This document shows, piece after piece, positions 8,579-17,074 of a stretch of DNA of 64,000 nucleotides; the first letter of the stretch is position 1, and each line of letters opens with the position of its first letter. The stretch spans positions 5,100-69,099 of the forward strand of contig CAVRDS010000074.1 in NCBI GenBank assembly GCA_963719865.1, given 5' to 3'. Both the position numbers and the translations under genes were made by a program. The notes under the pieces were generated by a model. That model saw nothing but the letters and a program-made list of their open reading frames with translations, made no database searches and was not told the origin of the DNA. The stretch is from an uncultured Acidobacteriota bacterium. GTDB lineage: Bacteria; Acidobacteriota; Terriglobia; Terriglobales; Acidobacteriaceae.

Positions 8579-10711
8579 ATGAAACTCTCTGCCCATTGGA
8601 TTCGCGACTTTGTCGATCTCACCGTGGATGACCGCCGTCTGGCTGAAGACCTGACTGACGTCGGCCTCGGTGTCGAGGGTATTCTCGGCTCTGGCGCCGA
8701 TACGGTCTTCGAAATGGAGATCGGGACCAATCGTCCTGATGCCATGAATCACTACGGCGTCGCGCGCGAGGCGGCTGCGATTTATGACTTGCCGCTGAAG
8801 CCGCTGTCGGCTGTCAGCGATAAATCCCCACTTCTCGCAAAGGACGCGAGAAATGGGGCACCCAGAGCGTCCCACGACGCGCCCTTTCCGATTGCCGTCG
8901 AAGAACCGGCGCTGTGCCCTCGTTTCTCGGCGCGCATGATTCGCGGGACTTGCATCAAGCCATCTCCAGAAAAGATTGCGCACCGGCTGCAACTGCTTGA
9001 TCAGCGGCCGATCTCAAATGCCGTTGACGCCACCAACTACGTGCTCTGGGAGATCGGCAAGCCCACGCACGTCTTCGACGCGGATCTACTCGAAGGTGGC
9101 CAGATCATGGTGCGCAAAGCGCGTCAGGGCGAGACGCTGAAGACTCTTGACGGCGTCGAGCGCAAGCTCACCATCGACGATCTCGTTGTCTGCGACGCGA
9201 AAAAGCCCGTCGGCCTTGCCGGAACCATGGGCGGCTACGACACCATGATTACCGACAAGACGCGCAACATCGTGATCGAGTCCGCGTGGTGGGATCCCGC
9301 AATTGTGCGCCAGATGTCGCGCCGCCACGGCCTGCACACCGACGCCTCGCACCGCTTCGAGCGCGGCGCCGATTTCGAATCCACGGTGCTCTCCTGCGAC
9401 CTGGTCGCCAAAATGATTCTCGACTCCGGAGGCGGAGAACTGGTCGGCGATGTCGTGGACGTGGTCTCGAAGAAAATGGACCAGGCTCCGGTGCTGCTGC
9501 GCGTTTCCGAAGTTCGCCGCATTCTTGGCGGCAATCTCGAGGCAGGGGAAATTTTCCGCCTGCTCAAGCGCCTGGGATTCGCGCTCATCCCCGAAGGGCA
9601 AAGCGATGCCCAGTTCGGCGTCCACATTCCCAGCTGGCGCCTCGATGTTGAACGCGAAATCGACATCATCGAAGAAATCGCGCGCCTGCACGGCTACGAC
9701 AAATTTGCGAATACCCTGCCCGCCTACAGCGGCGCGGTCGTGGAGTTGCCGCATGTGGCCATGGACGCGGCCTTGCGCAAGCGCGCGCTGGCTCTGGGTT
9801 ATAACGAGGCGCTCTCGCTCACTTTCATTTCGCACGAAGATGCGGAAAAGTTCTCGTCGCTGGCGCCGGACTCACCGAACACCGGCCGCGTGCTCGAACT
9901 GGAGAATCCGCTTAGCGAAGAAGCTTCCGTCATGCGCACTTCGCTGGCTCCGGGCATGCTCAACATGCTGGCGTGGAATCTGAACCGCGATATTACCGAC
10001 GCCCGGTTGTTCGAGATGGGCAGCGTGTACGCCATGGCGGGCTCCGAACGCGTCGAGCCGAAACGGCTCTGCCTGGGCGCGACTATGGCAGCTTTGCGCG
10101 CGTCTCTTTCTGCAGCCGCCACGCTCGACGTCAGCAAGGGTGAGCATGCGGCTGCAGCCGAAGCTTTCCGCGCGTTCAAAGGCGACGTCGAAAATCTTCT
10201 CGAGCCCCTCGCCGGTGACATCGCCTACGACCGGCAGACCGCCGAGTATTTCCATCCCGGACGCTCCGCCCGGGCCTGCCTCAATGGCGCGCCCGTGGCC
10301 CAGTTTGGCCAGATCCATCCCGAGATCGCGGCCGCCCGCAAGTTGCGTCAGGAAGTCTTTCTCGCCGACTTTGATCTGGGGCAGTTGTACAAGATCGGCC
10401 TGCGCCCGATCCGCTTCTCGCCGCTCGGGAAGTATCCTGCGGTCGAGCGCGATTTTTCCTTCGTCTTCGCCGACGACATCGCCTTCCAGCAGATGCAGCA
10501 GGCGGTGCAGGGTGCGTCCATAAGCGAGTTGCAGGAATTTCGGCCGGTCGAAATTTTCCGCGGCGGTTCGATTGCCGCCGGAAAATATTCGGTCTTGCTG
10601 CGAGCAAAATTCCAGTCGAAAGATCGCACCCTGCGCGAAGAAGAACTTGCCGACTGGTCCAGCAAGATCGTTGCAACGCTGACCGCCCTGGGCGGCTTGC
10701 AAAGAGCTTAG
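8579..10711 (+). CDS. pheT: phenylalanine--tRNA ligase beta subunit (short form without the N-terminal OB/tRNA-binding domain)
   Basis: MKLSAHWIRDFVDL..., B3/B4, B5 and FDX-ACB-like C-terminal regions. 710 aa. Confidence 0.95.
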   Translation: MKLSAHWIRDFVDLTVDDRRLAEDLTDVGLGVEGILGSGADTVFEMEIGTNRPDAMNHYGVAREAAAIYDLPLKPLSAVSDKSPLLAKDARNGAPRASHDAPFPIAVEEPALCPRFSARMIRGTCIKPSPEKIAHRLQLLDQRPISNAVDATNYVLWEIGKPTHVFDADLLEGGQIMVRKARQGETLKTLDGVERKLTIDDLVVCDAKKPVGLAGTMGGYDTMITDKTRNIVIESAWWDPAIVRQMSRRHGLHTDASHRFERGADFESTVLSCDLVAKMILDSGGGELVGDVVDVVSKKMDQAPVLLRVSEVRRILGGNLEAGEIFRLLKRLGFALIPEGQSDAQFGVHIPSWRLDVEREIDIIEEIARLHGYDKFANTLPAYSGAVVELPHVAMDAALRKRALALGYNEALSLTFISHEDAEKFSSLAPDSPNTGRVLELENPLSEEASVMRTSLAPGMLNMLAWNLNRDITDARLFEMGSVYAMAGSERVEPKRLCLGATMAALRASLSAAATLDVSKGEHAAAAEAFRAFKGDVENLLEPLAGDIAYDRQTAEYFHPGRSARACLNGAPVAQFGQIHPEIAAARKLRQEVFLADFDLGQLYKIGLRPIRFSPLGKYPAVERDFSFVFADDIAFQQMQQAVQGASISELQEFRPVEIFRGGSIAAGKYSVLLRAKFQSKDRTLREEELADWSSKIVATLTALGGLQRA
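8826..8863 (+). repeat. REP-like repeat family 2 copy inside the pheT coding sequence, in frame
   Basis: CCCCACTTCTCGC-aaaggac-GCGAGAAATGGGG-CACCC, translated as SPLLAKDARNGAP. Confidence 0.75.
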
Positions 10712-10720
10712 AGTCAAAGC

Positions 10721-10761
10721 CCCCACCCTCTCGCCAGAACCGCGAGAAGGGTGGGGCACCC
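10721..10761 (+). repeat. REP-like repeat family 2 (hairpin + GGGGCACCC tail)
   Basis: CCCCACCCTCTCGC-cagaacc-GCGAGAAGGGTGGGG-CACCC, 10 nt after the pheT stop. Confidence 0.8.
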
Positions 10762-10965
10762 TCGAGATTTTCAAGGCTGCTCCCACCTTGTATATTCTGG
10801 CTCTGCGGGCAGGCGGGAGCTTTTCTCAGCCCGCTCTCATCTTTCCCGAGTTTGTCCTCTAAATCTTCCTGGCCTCAGAGTTTTCGGTATCCTGCCGATA
10901 AGCAAGGTGTGGGAAACTTTTCAGGACAAGGCACCGCGCGTGCTCCCGTCTGCGATATCCGGCCG

Positions 10966-12165
10966 ATGCGCTATGTCGCGCGCCAGCCCATCTTCGACCG
11001 CGAAGAAAAGGTCTTCGGCTACGAGCTGCTGTTTCGCGATGGCCTGCAGAATGCCTTTCACGGCGATACCGACGAAGCTTCGCGCGCCACCCTCGACCGC
11101 TCGCTGCTCATGGGACTGGAAGTGTTATGCGATGGCCGCCGTGCCTTCGTCAACTGCACTCGCGACACTCTCATCAAGGGGTTGGTCACGCTTCTGCCTT
11201 CCACGACCACCGTCGTCGAAATTCTTGAAACCGTTCCGCCCGATCCCGACGTTTTCACCGCATGCCGCAGCCTGAAAGAAGCCGGATACCTGATCGCTCT
11301 TGACGACTATGTTGCGGGAGATCCGAGGGAACCGCTGGCCGATCTTGCCGACATCATCAAAGTCGAAATGCAGTTGACGACTGAACCGGAGCGGGTCGCA
11401 TTGCTGAAGCAGTTTGGCCCCTGGCGTTGCCGGATGCTGGCCGAAAAAATCGAGACCCATGCCGACTTCGTCCGCGCCCGGGATCAGGGCTTCGTCTATT
11501 TTCAGGGATACTTTTTCCGGCGTCCCGAGCTGCTCAGCACTCGCGATATGCCGGCCAATCGCCTCAACTATCTGCGCATGCTGCAGGAGGTTTCACGTCC
11601 CGATCTCGATATCCCGGGACTGGAGAAGCTCATCAAGTCGGAAGCCTCGGTCTGCTACCGCCTTCTGCGATATCTGAATTCCGCCATCTTCGGATTTCAC
11701 AGCGAAATTCATTCGGTGCGCCACGCGCTATCCATTCTCGGCGAACGTGACTTGCGGCGCTGGGTGCGGCTGGTGGCCGCCGTCGGCGCTGGCCAGGAGC
11801 GCACCAGCGATCTGGTCCTCTCCGCACTGGTCCGCGGCCGCTTCGCCGAATTGCTGGCTCCCCACGTTTCCCATGGACAATCCGACCTGTTCCTGATGGG
11901 TTTGTTGTCGCTGATTGATGCCATGCTCGAAATGTCGATGTCCGACGTACTGGAGAAAATCCCGCTCGATCATCCCACCAAGGCCGTTCTGCTCGGGCAG
12001 CCTAGCGCCCTGCGTCCTGTCTTTCAGTTGATGCTCGCCCATGAGAGCGGAGAATGGGAAGCGGCCGCGAACCTCTGCGCCAGTCTCCAACTCAACACCG
12101 AGGACGTTGCCGGCTTCTATTGGCAGGCGCAGGAGTGGGCCCGCAAGCTCTCCCTCGAGCAATAG
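10966..12165 (+). CDS. EAL-domain plus HDOD-domain protein (c-di-GMP signalling)
   Basis: MRYVARQPIFDREEKVFGYELLFRD... (EAL N-terminus) followed by an HDOD-like region (LRYLNSAIFGFHSEIHSVRHALSILGERDLRRWV). ATG at 10966 preferred to the upstream alternative start at 10852. Confidence 0.75.
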   Translation: MRYVARQPIFDREEKVFGYELLFRDGLQNAFHGDTDEASRATLDRSLLMGLEVLCDGRRAFVNCTRDTLIKGLVTLLPSTTTVVEILETVPPDPDVFTACRSLKEAGYLIALDDYVAGDPREPLADLADIIKVEMQLTTEPERVALLKQFGPWRCRMLAEKIETHADFVRARDQGFVYFQGYFFRRPELLSTRDMPANRLNYLRMLQEVSRPDLDIPGLEKLIKSEASVCYRLLRYLNSAIFGFHSEIHSVRHALSILGERDLRRWVRLVAAVGAGQERTSDLVLSALVRGRFAELLAPHVSHGQSDLFLMGLLSLIDAMLEMSMSDVLEKIPLDHPTKAVLLGQPSALRPVFQLMLAHESGEWEAAANLCASLQLNTEDVAGFYWQAQEWARKLSLEQ

Positions 12166-12608
12166 CTTCTCTCCTTAAAAATTCTCATGACCCATTTCCG
12201 CCGGGATTGCATCAAAATGTTTCGCCGTAATCGATGAGCCATGACCACCTGTGCAAAATCCGGATGAATAGGGGCTTGCACTGTAACGCGGGGGCTAGTA
12301 CCATAAAGTTGTTCTCATTTAGGCCACGTTCCCGCGATGGCCTTCCGCGCCAGCCGATCCGAGGCGGCGCCGTACGGATCCGATAAGCAAATCGATACTA
12401 CGGTAGAGATCAAGGTTTCATTCGCGAATAGCGGTTCGTTTCAGACTTGGGGTTCGTTTCATCGTGTGCTTCCGCTGCAATCTGCAAATGCGTCGATGCA
12501 AATGAGTGCGTCGGGCGGAGCTTCGCTCCTATAGGGGATCTGCGGCAATACCGGGCTTCAGCATTCTGTAAAAACTTTGCAACTCGTGAGAACCAATTTG
12601 AGAGGACT

Positions 12609-13274
12609 ATGAACGCAGGACCAGGAAAGAACTCCGGAGGCGGAGGCAGAAGACGGCGCAGGGGTCGGCGCCAGCACAGTCAGCGCGGTCAGCGGCCCGG
12701 CCCGGCTCTGAGCCGGGAGAATAAAGACGGCATTTACACCGCGCCCATGGATCACAGCTACCGCGCCGCGTTGGCCGGGGGAAATAACAACGGCCACAAA
12801 GGCGGACGCCAGCGCCCCGGATTCTCCACGCAGTATCCCCAGCCCGAGCCCGAGCCTCTGCCGGCCAACGGAGACAGCAGCTCGCGTATCTTTGCCTTTA
12901 TCGAAGATCTTTTCTTCATGGCCAAGATTCAGGAGACGGCGCGCAAGCTCAATGTGAAAGTCGAGTTCGTGAAGACCGACAAGGACATGGCCGACAAGAT
13001 GCAGCAGAACGGCGAAGAAAAGCCCTCGCTCATCATCTTCGATCTAAACAATAACAGTGTGAAGCCGTTGACTCTCATCCCCAAGCTGAAGAGCAAGCTG
13101 AAGAAGGGAACTTCGATCATCGGGTTCCTGTCGCACGTGCAGGGCGATCTGAAGCAGAAGGCGCACGAGGTGGGATGCGACATGGTGCTGCCACGCTCGG
13201 CGTTCTCCCAGAATCTTCCGCAGTTATTGCGCCGGCACGGCGCCCCGGAAGACGCGGAACCTGCAGTCCAGTAG
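12609..13274 (+). CDS. hypothetical protein: Arg/Gly-rich N-terminus plus receiver-like C-terminal domain
   Basis: MNAGPGKNSGGGGRRRRRGRRQHSQRGQRPG..., then RIFAFIEDLFFMAKIQ...SLIIFDLNNN...IIGFLSHVQ. ATG at 12609 with GAGAGGA upstream. Confidence 0.5.
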   Translation: MNAGPGKNSGGGGRRRRRGRRQHSQRGQRPGPALSRENKDGIYTAPMDHSYRAALAGGNNNGHKGGRQRPGFSTQYPQPEPEPLPANGDSSSRIFAFIEDLFFMAKIQETARKLNVKVEFVKTDKDMADKMQQNGEEKPSLIIFDLNNNSVKPLTLIPKLKSKLKKGTSIIGFLSHVQGDLKQKAHEVGCDMVLPRSAFSQNLPQLLRRHGAPEDAEPAVQ

Positions 13275-13426
13275 TTCTAGGGGTCTCTCAACGTGGGCAG
13301 AGAACTTGTGGGCGGACACTATTGTCCGCCGCTTTTGACCTTTGTCTGAGCTTTGCTTCCAGAACCTCGTAATCCCGCCGTCCCGATATCGCATCCGTAT
13401 CCTGCCCCTTGTCACCGTGAGGCACC

Positions 13427-13464
13427 GTCCTTCGGCCCGCAAAAAGCGCGGACCTCAGGATGAC
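13427..13464 (-). repeat. REP-like repeat family 1, short copy
   Basis: GTCCTTCGGCCCGCAAAAAGCGCGGACCTCAGGATGAC. Confidence 0.6.
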
Positions 13465-13507
13465 AATGCGAAAATAGTGGTGAAGGATGTTGACGTCTTC
13501 CGCGCTT

Positions 13508-13855
13508 CTACCCCGGAGGCCAGCTCAGGGCCCGGCCGCCGAGCAAGTGCACATGCAGGTGGAACACTGACTGCCCGGCGCCCGGTCCGACGTTGAGCAC
13601 GATCCGGTACCCATGTTCAATTTTTCGTTGCCGCGCGATCTCCGCTGCTGCTAAGTGGCAGCGCCCGATAATCTCTGCGTCCTCGGCCTGGGCTTCCTTC
13701 AATCCCGCAAAATGTTTTTTGGGAATGATCAATATGTGCGTCGGAGCTTGCGGGTTGATGTCCTCAAAGGCAAATACGTGCTCGTCTTCGTGCACTTTTT
13801 TGGCAGGAATCTCGCCGCGCAGGATGCGGCAGAACAGGCAACTGGAATCGTTCAT
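13508..13855 (-). CDS. HIT-family (histidine triad) nucleotide hydrolase
   Basis: CLFCRILRGEIPA...VFHLHVHLLGG. Confidence 0.9.
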   Translation of the reverse strand: MNDSSCLFCRILRGEIPAKKVHEDEHVFAFEDINPQAPTHILIIPKKHFAGLKEAQAEDAEIIGRCHLAAAEIARQRKIEHGYRIVLNVGPGAGQSVFHLHVHLLGGRALSWPPG

Positions 13856-13933
13856 CGCGCTCTCACCTTGGCGAGAACGATAACACTGTGTGATGGAACT
13901 TGTCAGCCGCAGCAGTGGCAGGCTGAGCTGTCA

Positions 13934-14740
13934 TCAGTCGAGCCGCACCAGAAACACCGCGCCCTCGGGAGTCTTCGTCTCCGCCGCCAGCTTCTGCGCG
14001 CGCCCGTGATTATCATCGAGCACTCGCACGCGGATCCACCAATCGCCCGTCGGGCTGGCAAAGCGCAGCACCTTCGCGGTGCGATATCGCCGCGTGAGGT
14101 GATCGGCCAGCTTAGTGGCCGCGCCCTCGTCCGGAAAGCCGCCAATCTGCACCGCCCATTTCCCGGGGGCTCCCGGCTGCGCCGAAGACTGCATCAACTC
14201 GACCTTGACCTCCGCCACGCCCGGCTTCCATACGTCGACTTTTTGCGCCGCGGCCAGCGACAGATCCACTACGCGTCCAGGGATGAACGGCCCGCGGTCT
14301 GTGATGCGCACGAGCGCCGCCGATCCCGTTTTCACATTGGTGACCCGCACAATCGATCCCAGCGGATAGGTGCGATGCGCCGCAGTCATTGCGTGCATGT
14401 TATACACCTCGCCATTCGATCCGCGCCGGTTGTGATACGGAGGCCCGTACCAGCTCGCCAGCCCAAACTCTGTATCGATCGGCCGCGCGTCGGCGGAAAT
14501 TGTGGGCTCGGCCAGATCCCCTTCCGGTGTTCCTTTTTCACGGGGAAGATTCGCTGCGGGCTTCTCGGGAGCGTTCTCGGTTTCCGCCGGCGGCGGAGGC
14601 GGCGGTACCTGCACGTGCGCCGTTTTTGGATGGCCGCATGAACTCAGCAGCATCGTTATCAAAAAGACGATGAAGAGCATAGGGACGCCCACAGCAGGCC
14701 GGCGCTTCCGCACGCAGCACAATTCACTCGGGAAACTCAC
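13934..14740 (-). CDS. rlpA: septal-ring lytic transglycosylase RlpA-family lipoprotein with C-terminal SPOR domain
   Basis: Lipobox LLSSCG; DPBB region ASWYGPPYHNRRGSNGEVYNMHAMTAAHRTYPLGSIVRVTN...VRITDRGPF; SPOR-like WAVQIGGFPDEGAATKLADHL. Confidence 0.8.
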   Translation of the reverse strand: MSFPSELCCVRKRRPAVGVPMLFIVFLITMLLSSCGHPKTAHVQVPPPPPPAETENAPEKPAANLPREKGTPEGDLAEPTISADARPIDTEFGLASWYGPPYHNRRGSNGEVYNMHAMTAAHRTYPLGSIVRVTNVKTGSAALVRITDRGPFIPGRVVDLSLAAAQKVDVWKPGVAEVKVELMQSSAQPGAPGKWAVQIGGFPDEGAATKLADHLTRRYRTAKVLRFASPTGDWWIRVRVLDDNHGRAQKLAAETKTPEGAVFLVRLD

Positions 14741-14976
14741 TTCGGCGGCTGGTGTTTTTCCATGTAGTCGGCAAATTCCGTAAGCTTCTGCGAAGCTGTG
14801 CGCAGCGCCTTGGTCGAGTGCGTACGCACTGCCGGCACCACCTCGTCGTTCAGATACTTGATGAACTCCGGGATTTCTTTTTCCAGGCGCTCAGCCGTGT
14901 CGCCGACCGCTTTGCTCACTCGGGCCGAGGCGTCCTCGACCTTACGGTTGAAGTCGTTCATGGAATTCCTCACCAT
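14737..14976 (-). CDS. small hypothetical protein
   Basis: 79-aa helical ORF whose stop overlaps the rlpA start by 4 nt. No recognised domain. Confidence 0.45.
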   Translation of the reverse strand: MVRNSMNDFNRKVEDASARVSKAVGDTAERLEKEIPEFIKYLNDEVVPAVRTHSTKALRTASQKLTEFADYMEKHQPPK

Positions 14977-15117
14977 GGCGTGCGAAGATCCACGCCATCC
15001 GGCGGATGCCGGGCTCCGACATTATTTCGTGCCGCCGCTTCGTGGTCAATGACCGATTCTGACACGGTGGTGCTACGGTCTGGCTTGGCCTGCTGCGATA
15101 GAATTGCGTTCTTCGCG

Positions 15118-16158
15118 ATGAACTCTCGGGCAGGCGCATGCAAGGATAACGACAACGAAAACGCGGCGCCCTTCCGCGCCCGCCTGCTGGCCTGGTACGA
15201 CTCCCACGCCCGCGATCTTCCCTGGCGCAAGAGCCGCGATCCTTATCGTGTCTGGCTTTCGGAAATCATGCTACAGCAGACGCGCGTCGCCGCTGTCATC
15301 AGCCACTATCGCGAATTTCTGCGCCGCTTCCCGACAGTCGAAAGGCTGGCAGCCGCCCGCGAATCCTCGGTCCTCGCCGCCTGGAGCGGCCTGGGGTACT
15401 ACCGCCGCGCCCGCATGCTGCACGCCGCCGCCAAGTGCATCGCCGGCGAACTTCACGGAGAATTTCCCCGCACCGCGGACGGACTGAAACAGCTTCCTGG
15501 CATTGGACGCTATACCGCCGCAGCCGTGGCCAGCATCGCGTTCGGTGAGCCGGTCGCCGTTGTCGATGGCAACGTCGAGCGCGCTCTCAGTCGTTTCTTC
15601 GCGAGCGATCTTTCGCAGCAAAAAATCTGGCAGTCCGCCGAAACCCTGCTTGATCGCTCCCGTCCCGGAGATTTCAATCAGGCCATGATGGAACTAGGCG
15701 CGACGGTCTGCACGCCGCGCACGCCTTCCTGCCTGACCTGTCCTGTGATGGATCTGTGCGCCACTCGCGGCGAGCGCCCGCCCGGGCCTAAGCCGGCTCC
15801 CCAGAAGAAACGCGAAATTCATTTCGCTCTCGCCCGCCGCAACGGCTCGGTCTTTCTGACCAGGCGATCGCACGATGCCCGACTCATGGCTTCCATGTGG
15901 GAGTTGCCCGAAATCTCCGCGAGCCGAGTCCGCGCACAAAAGCCGAGCACTGCCCGCAATCAGTCGCCGAAAGAAAAGTCGACCCCACCCCTGTTCACGC
16001 TCCGCCACTCCATCACCGTCACGGATTACACCGTGCAGGTCTGGCATTCCGCATCTCTCAGTGCCCCCGGTGAATGGATTCCTTTGCGCCGTCTGCCGAA
16101 GATCGCGCTCACCGGTCTTGCTCGTAAAATTCTGCGCCGGGCCGAAATCCTTTCCTGA
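15118..16158 (+). CDS. mutY: A/G-specific adenine DNA glycosylase
   Basis: LLAWYDSHARDLPWR...YRVWLSEIMLQQTRV...GLGYYRRAR; Fe-S cluster loop CTPRTPSCLTCPVMDLC. Start at 15118 (alternative ATG at 15049). Confidence 0.85.
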   Translation: MNSRAGACKDNDNENAAPFRARLLAWYDSHARDLPWRKSRDPYRVWLSEIMLQQTRVAAVISHYREFLRRFPTVERLAAARESSVLAAWSGLGYYRRARMLHAAAKCIAGELHGEFPRTADGLKQLPGIGRYTAAAVASIAFGEPVAVVDGNVERALSRFFASDLSQQKIWQSAETLLDRSRPGDFNQAMMELGATVCTPRTPSCLTCPVMDLCATRGERPPGPKPAPQKKREIHFALARRNGSVFLTRRSHDARLMASMWELPEISASRVRAQKPSTARNQSPKEKSTPPLFTLRHSITVTDYTVQVWHSASLSAPGEWIPLRRLPKIALTGLARKILRRAEILS

Positions 16159-16318
16159 GGCCGCGCTCCCCGCACAAAATTCCATTTCAAAGCGGAATGA
16201 CAAACTTACGTTCCCGCCTGCTTCTTTGATTCTTCTCGGCAACTGGCGTCATCTAAAATTCAGGAAGCGAATTTAGTGCGCGTCAGCCCCAGTCGATCCA
16301 CATGCGGAGAAGGGAAAC

Positions 16319-16816
16319 ATGACAGCTCTTGCTACCGGCACCACGGCCCCCGAATTTGATCTTCATACGCTAGACGGCAAGCGCTTTTCCTTGCGCGAAG
16401 AACTTGTGCGCGGACCCGTTGTCCTCGCCTTCTTTAAGGTTTCCTGCCCCACCTGCCAGTATGCGCTTCCTTTCCTGGAGCGACTTCATAAGACCTACGG
16501 TGACAAGGGAGTGAGACTGGTCGGTGTCTCGCAAAACGATGCCAAAGAGACCGCGGCCTTCAACCGGCAATTCGGTGTGACGTTCCCCGTCCTGCTCGAC
16601 GACATCAACCGCTATCCCGTTTCCAACGCCTACGGCCTGACCAACGTCCCCAGCATTTTCTGGATCGCGCAGGATGGCGAAATCGAAGTCACGAGCGTGG
16701 GATGGGTGAAGGCTGACTTCGAAGAGATCAACCGCAAGATGGCCGAGACGGGAAAAGCCGTGCCCGCCGCGATTTTCAAGCCCGGCGACGATGTCCGCGA
16801 TTTTCGCGCGGGTTGA
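16319..16816 (+). CDS. thioredoxin-fold redoxin (AhpC/TSA or TlpA-like), CPTC active site
   Basis: PEFDLHTLDGKRFSL...VVLAFFKVSCPTCQYALPFL. Confidence 0.8.
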   Translation: MTALATGTTAPEFDLHTLDGKRFSLREELVRGPVVLAFFKVSCPTCQYALPFLERLHKTYGDKGVRLVGVSQNDAKETAAFNRQFGVTFPVLLDDINRYPVSNAYGLTNVPSIFWIAQDGEIEVTSVGWVKADFEEINRKMAETGKAVPAAIFKPGDDVRDFRAG

Positions 16817-17074
16817 GGAGCCAAAAACTAGGCGCCGGGTCCGGCGCCACAACCAGGCATCACTATCAAACAAGACTAGCCCGGCGGCACGCTCCTGGCG
16901 TGCTTCCGGACAGGTCCTGCCGTGTGCCGGCTCCCACGGTCTGATGCACTCTCGTGCTTCCGATTGTCCAACTTCCGCCGCTTTCGCTTTGCGCTATTCC
17001 TTTACAATTCTTACAGACTTCAAAAAACGATAGTTTTCCGGCGAATGCCGCTTCGTTCGGGGAGAAACCAATCT

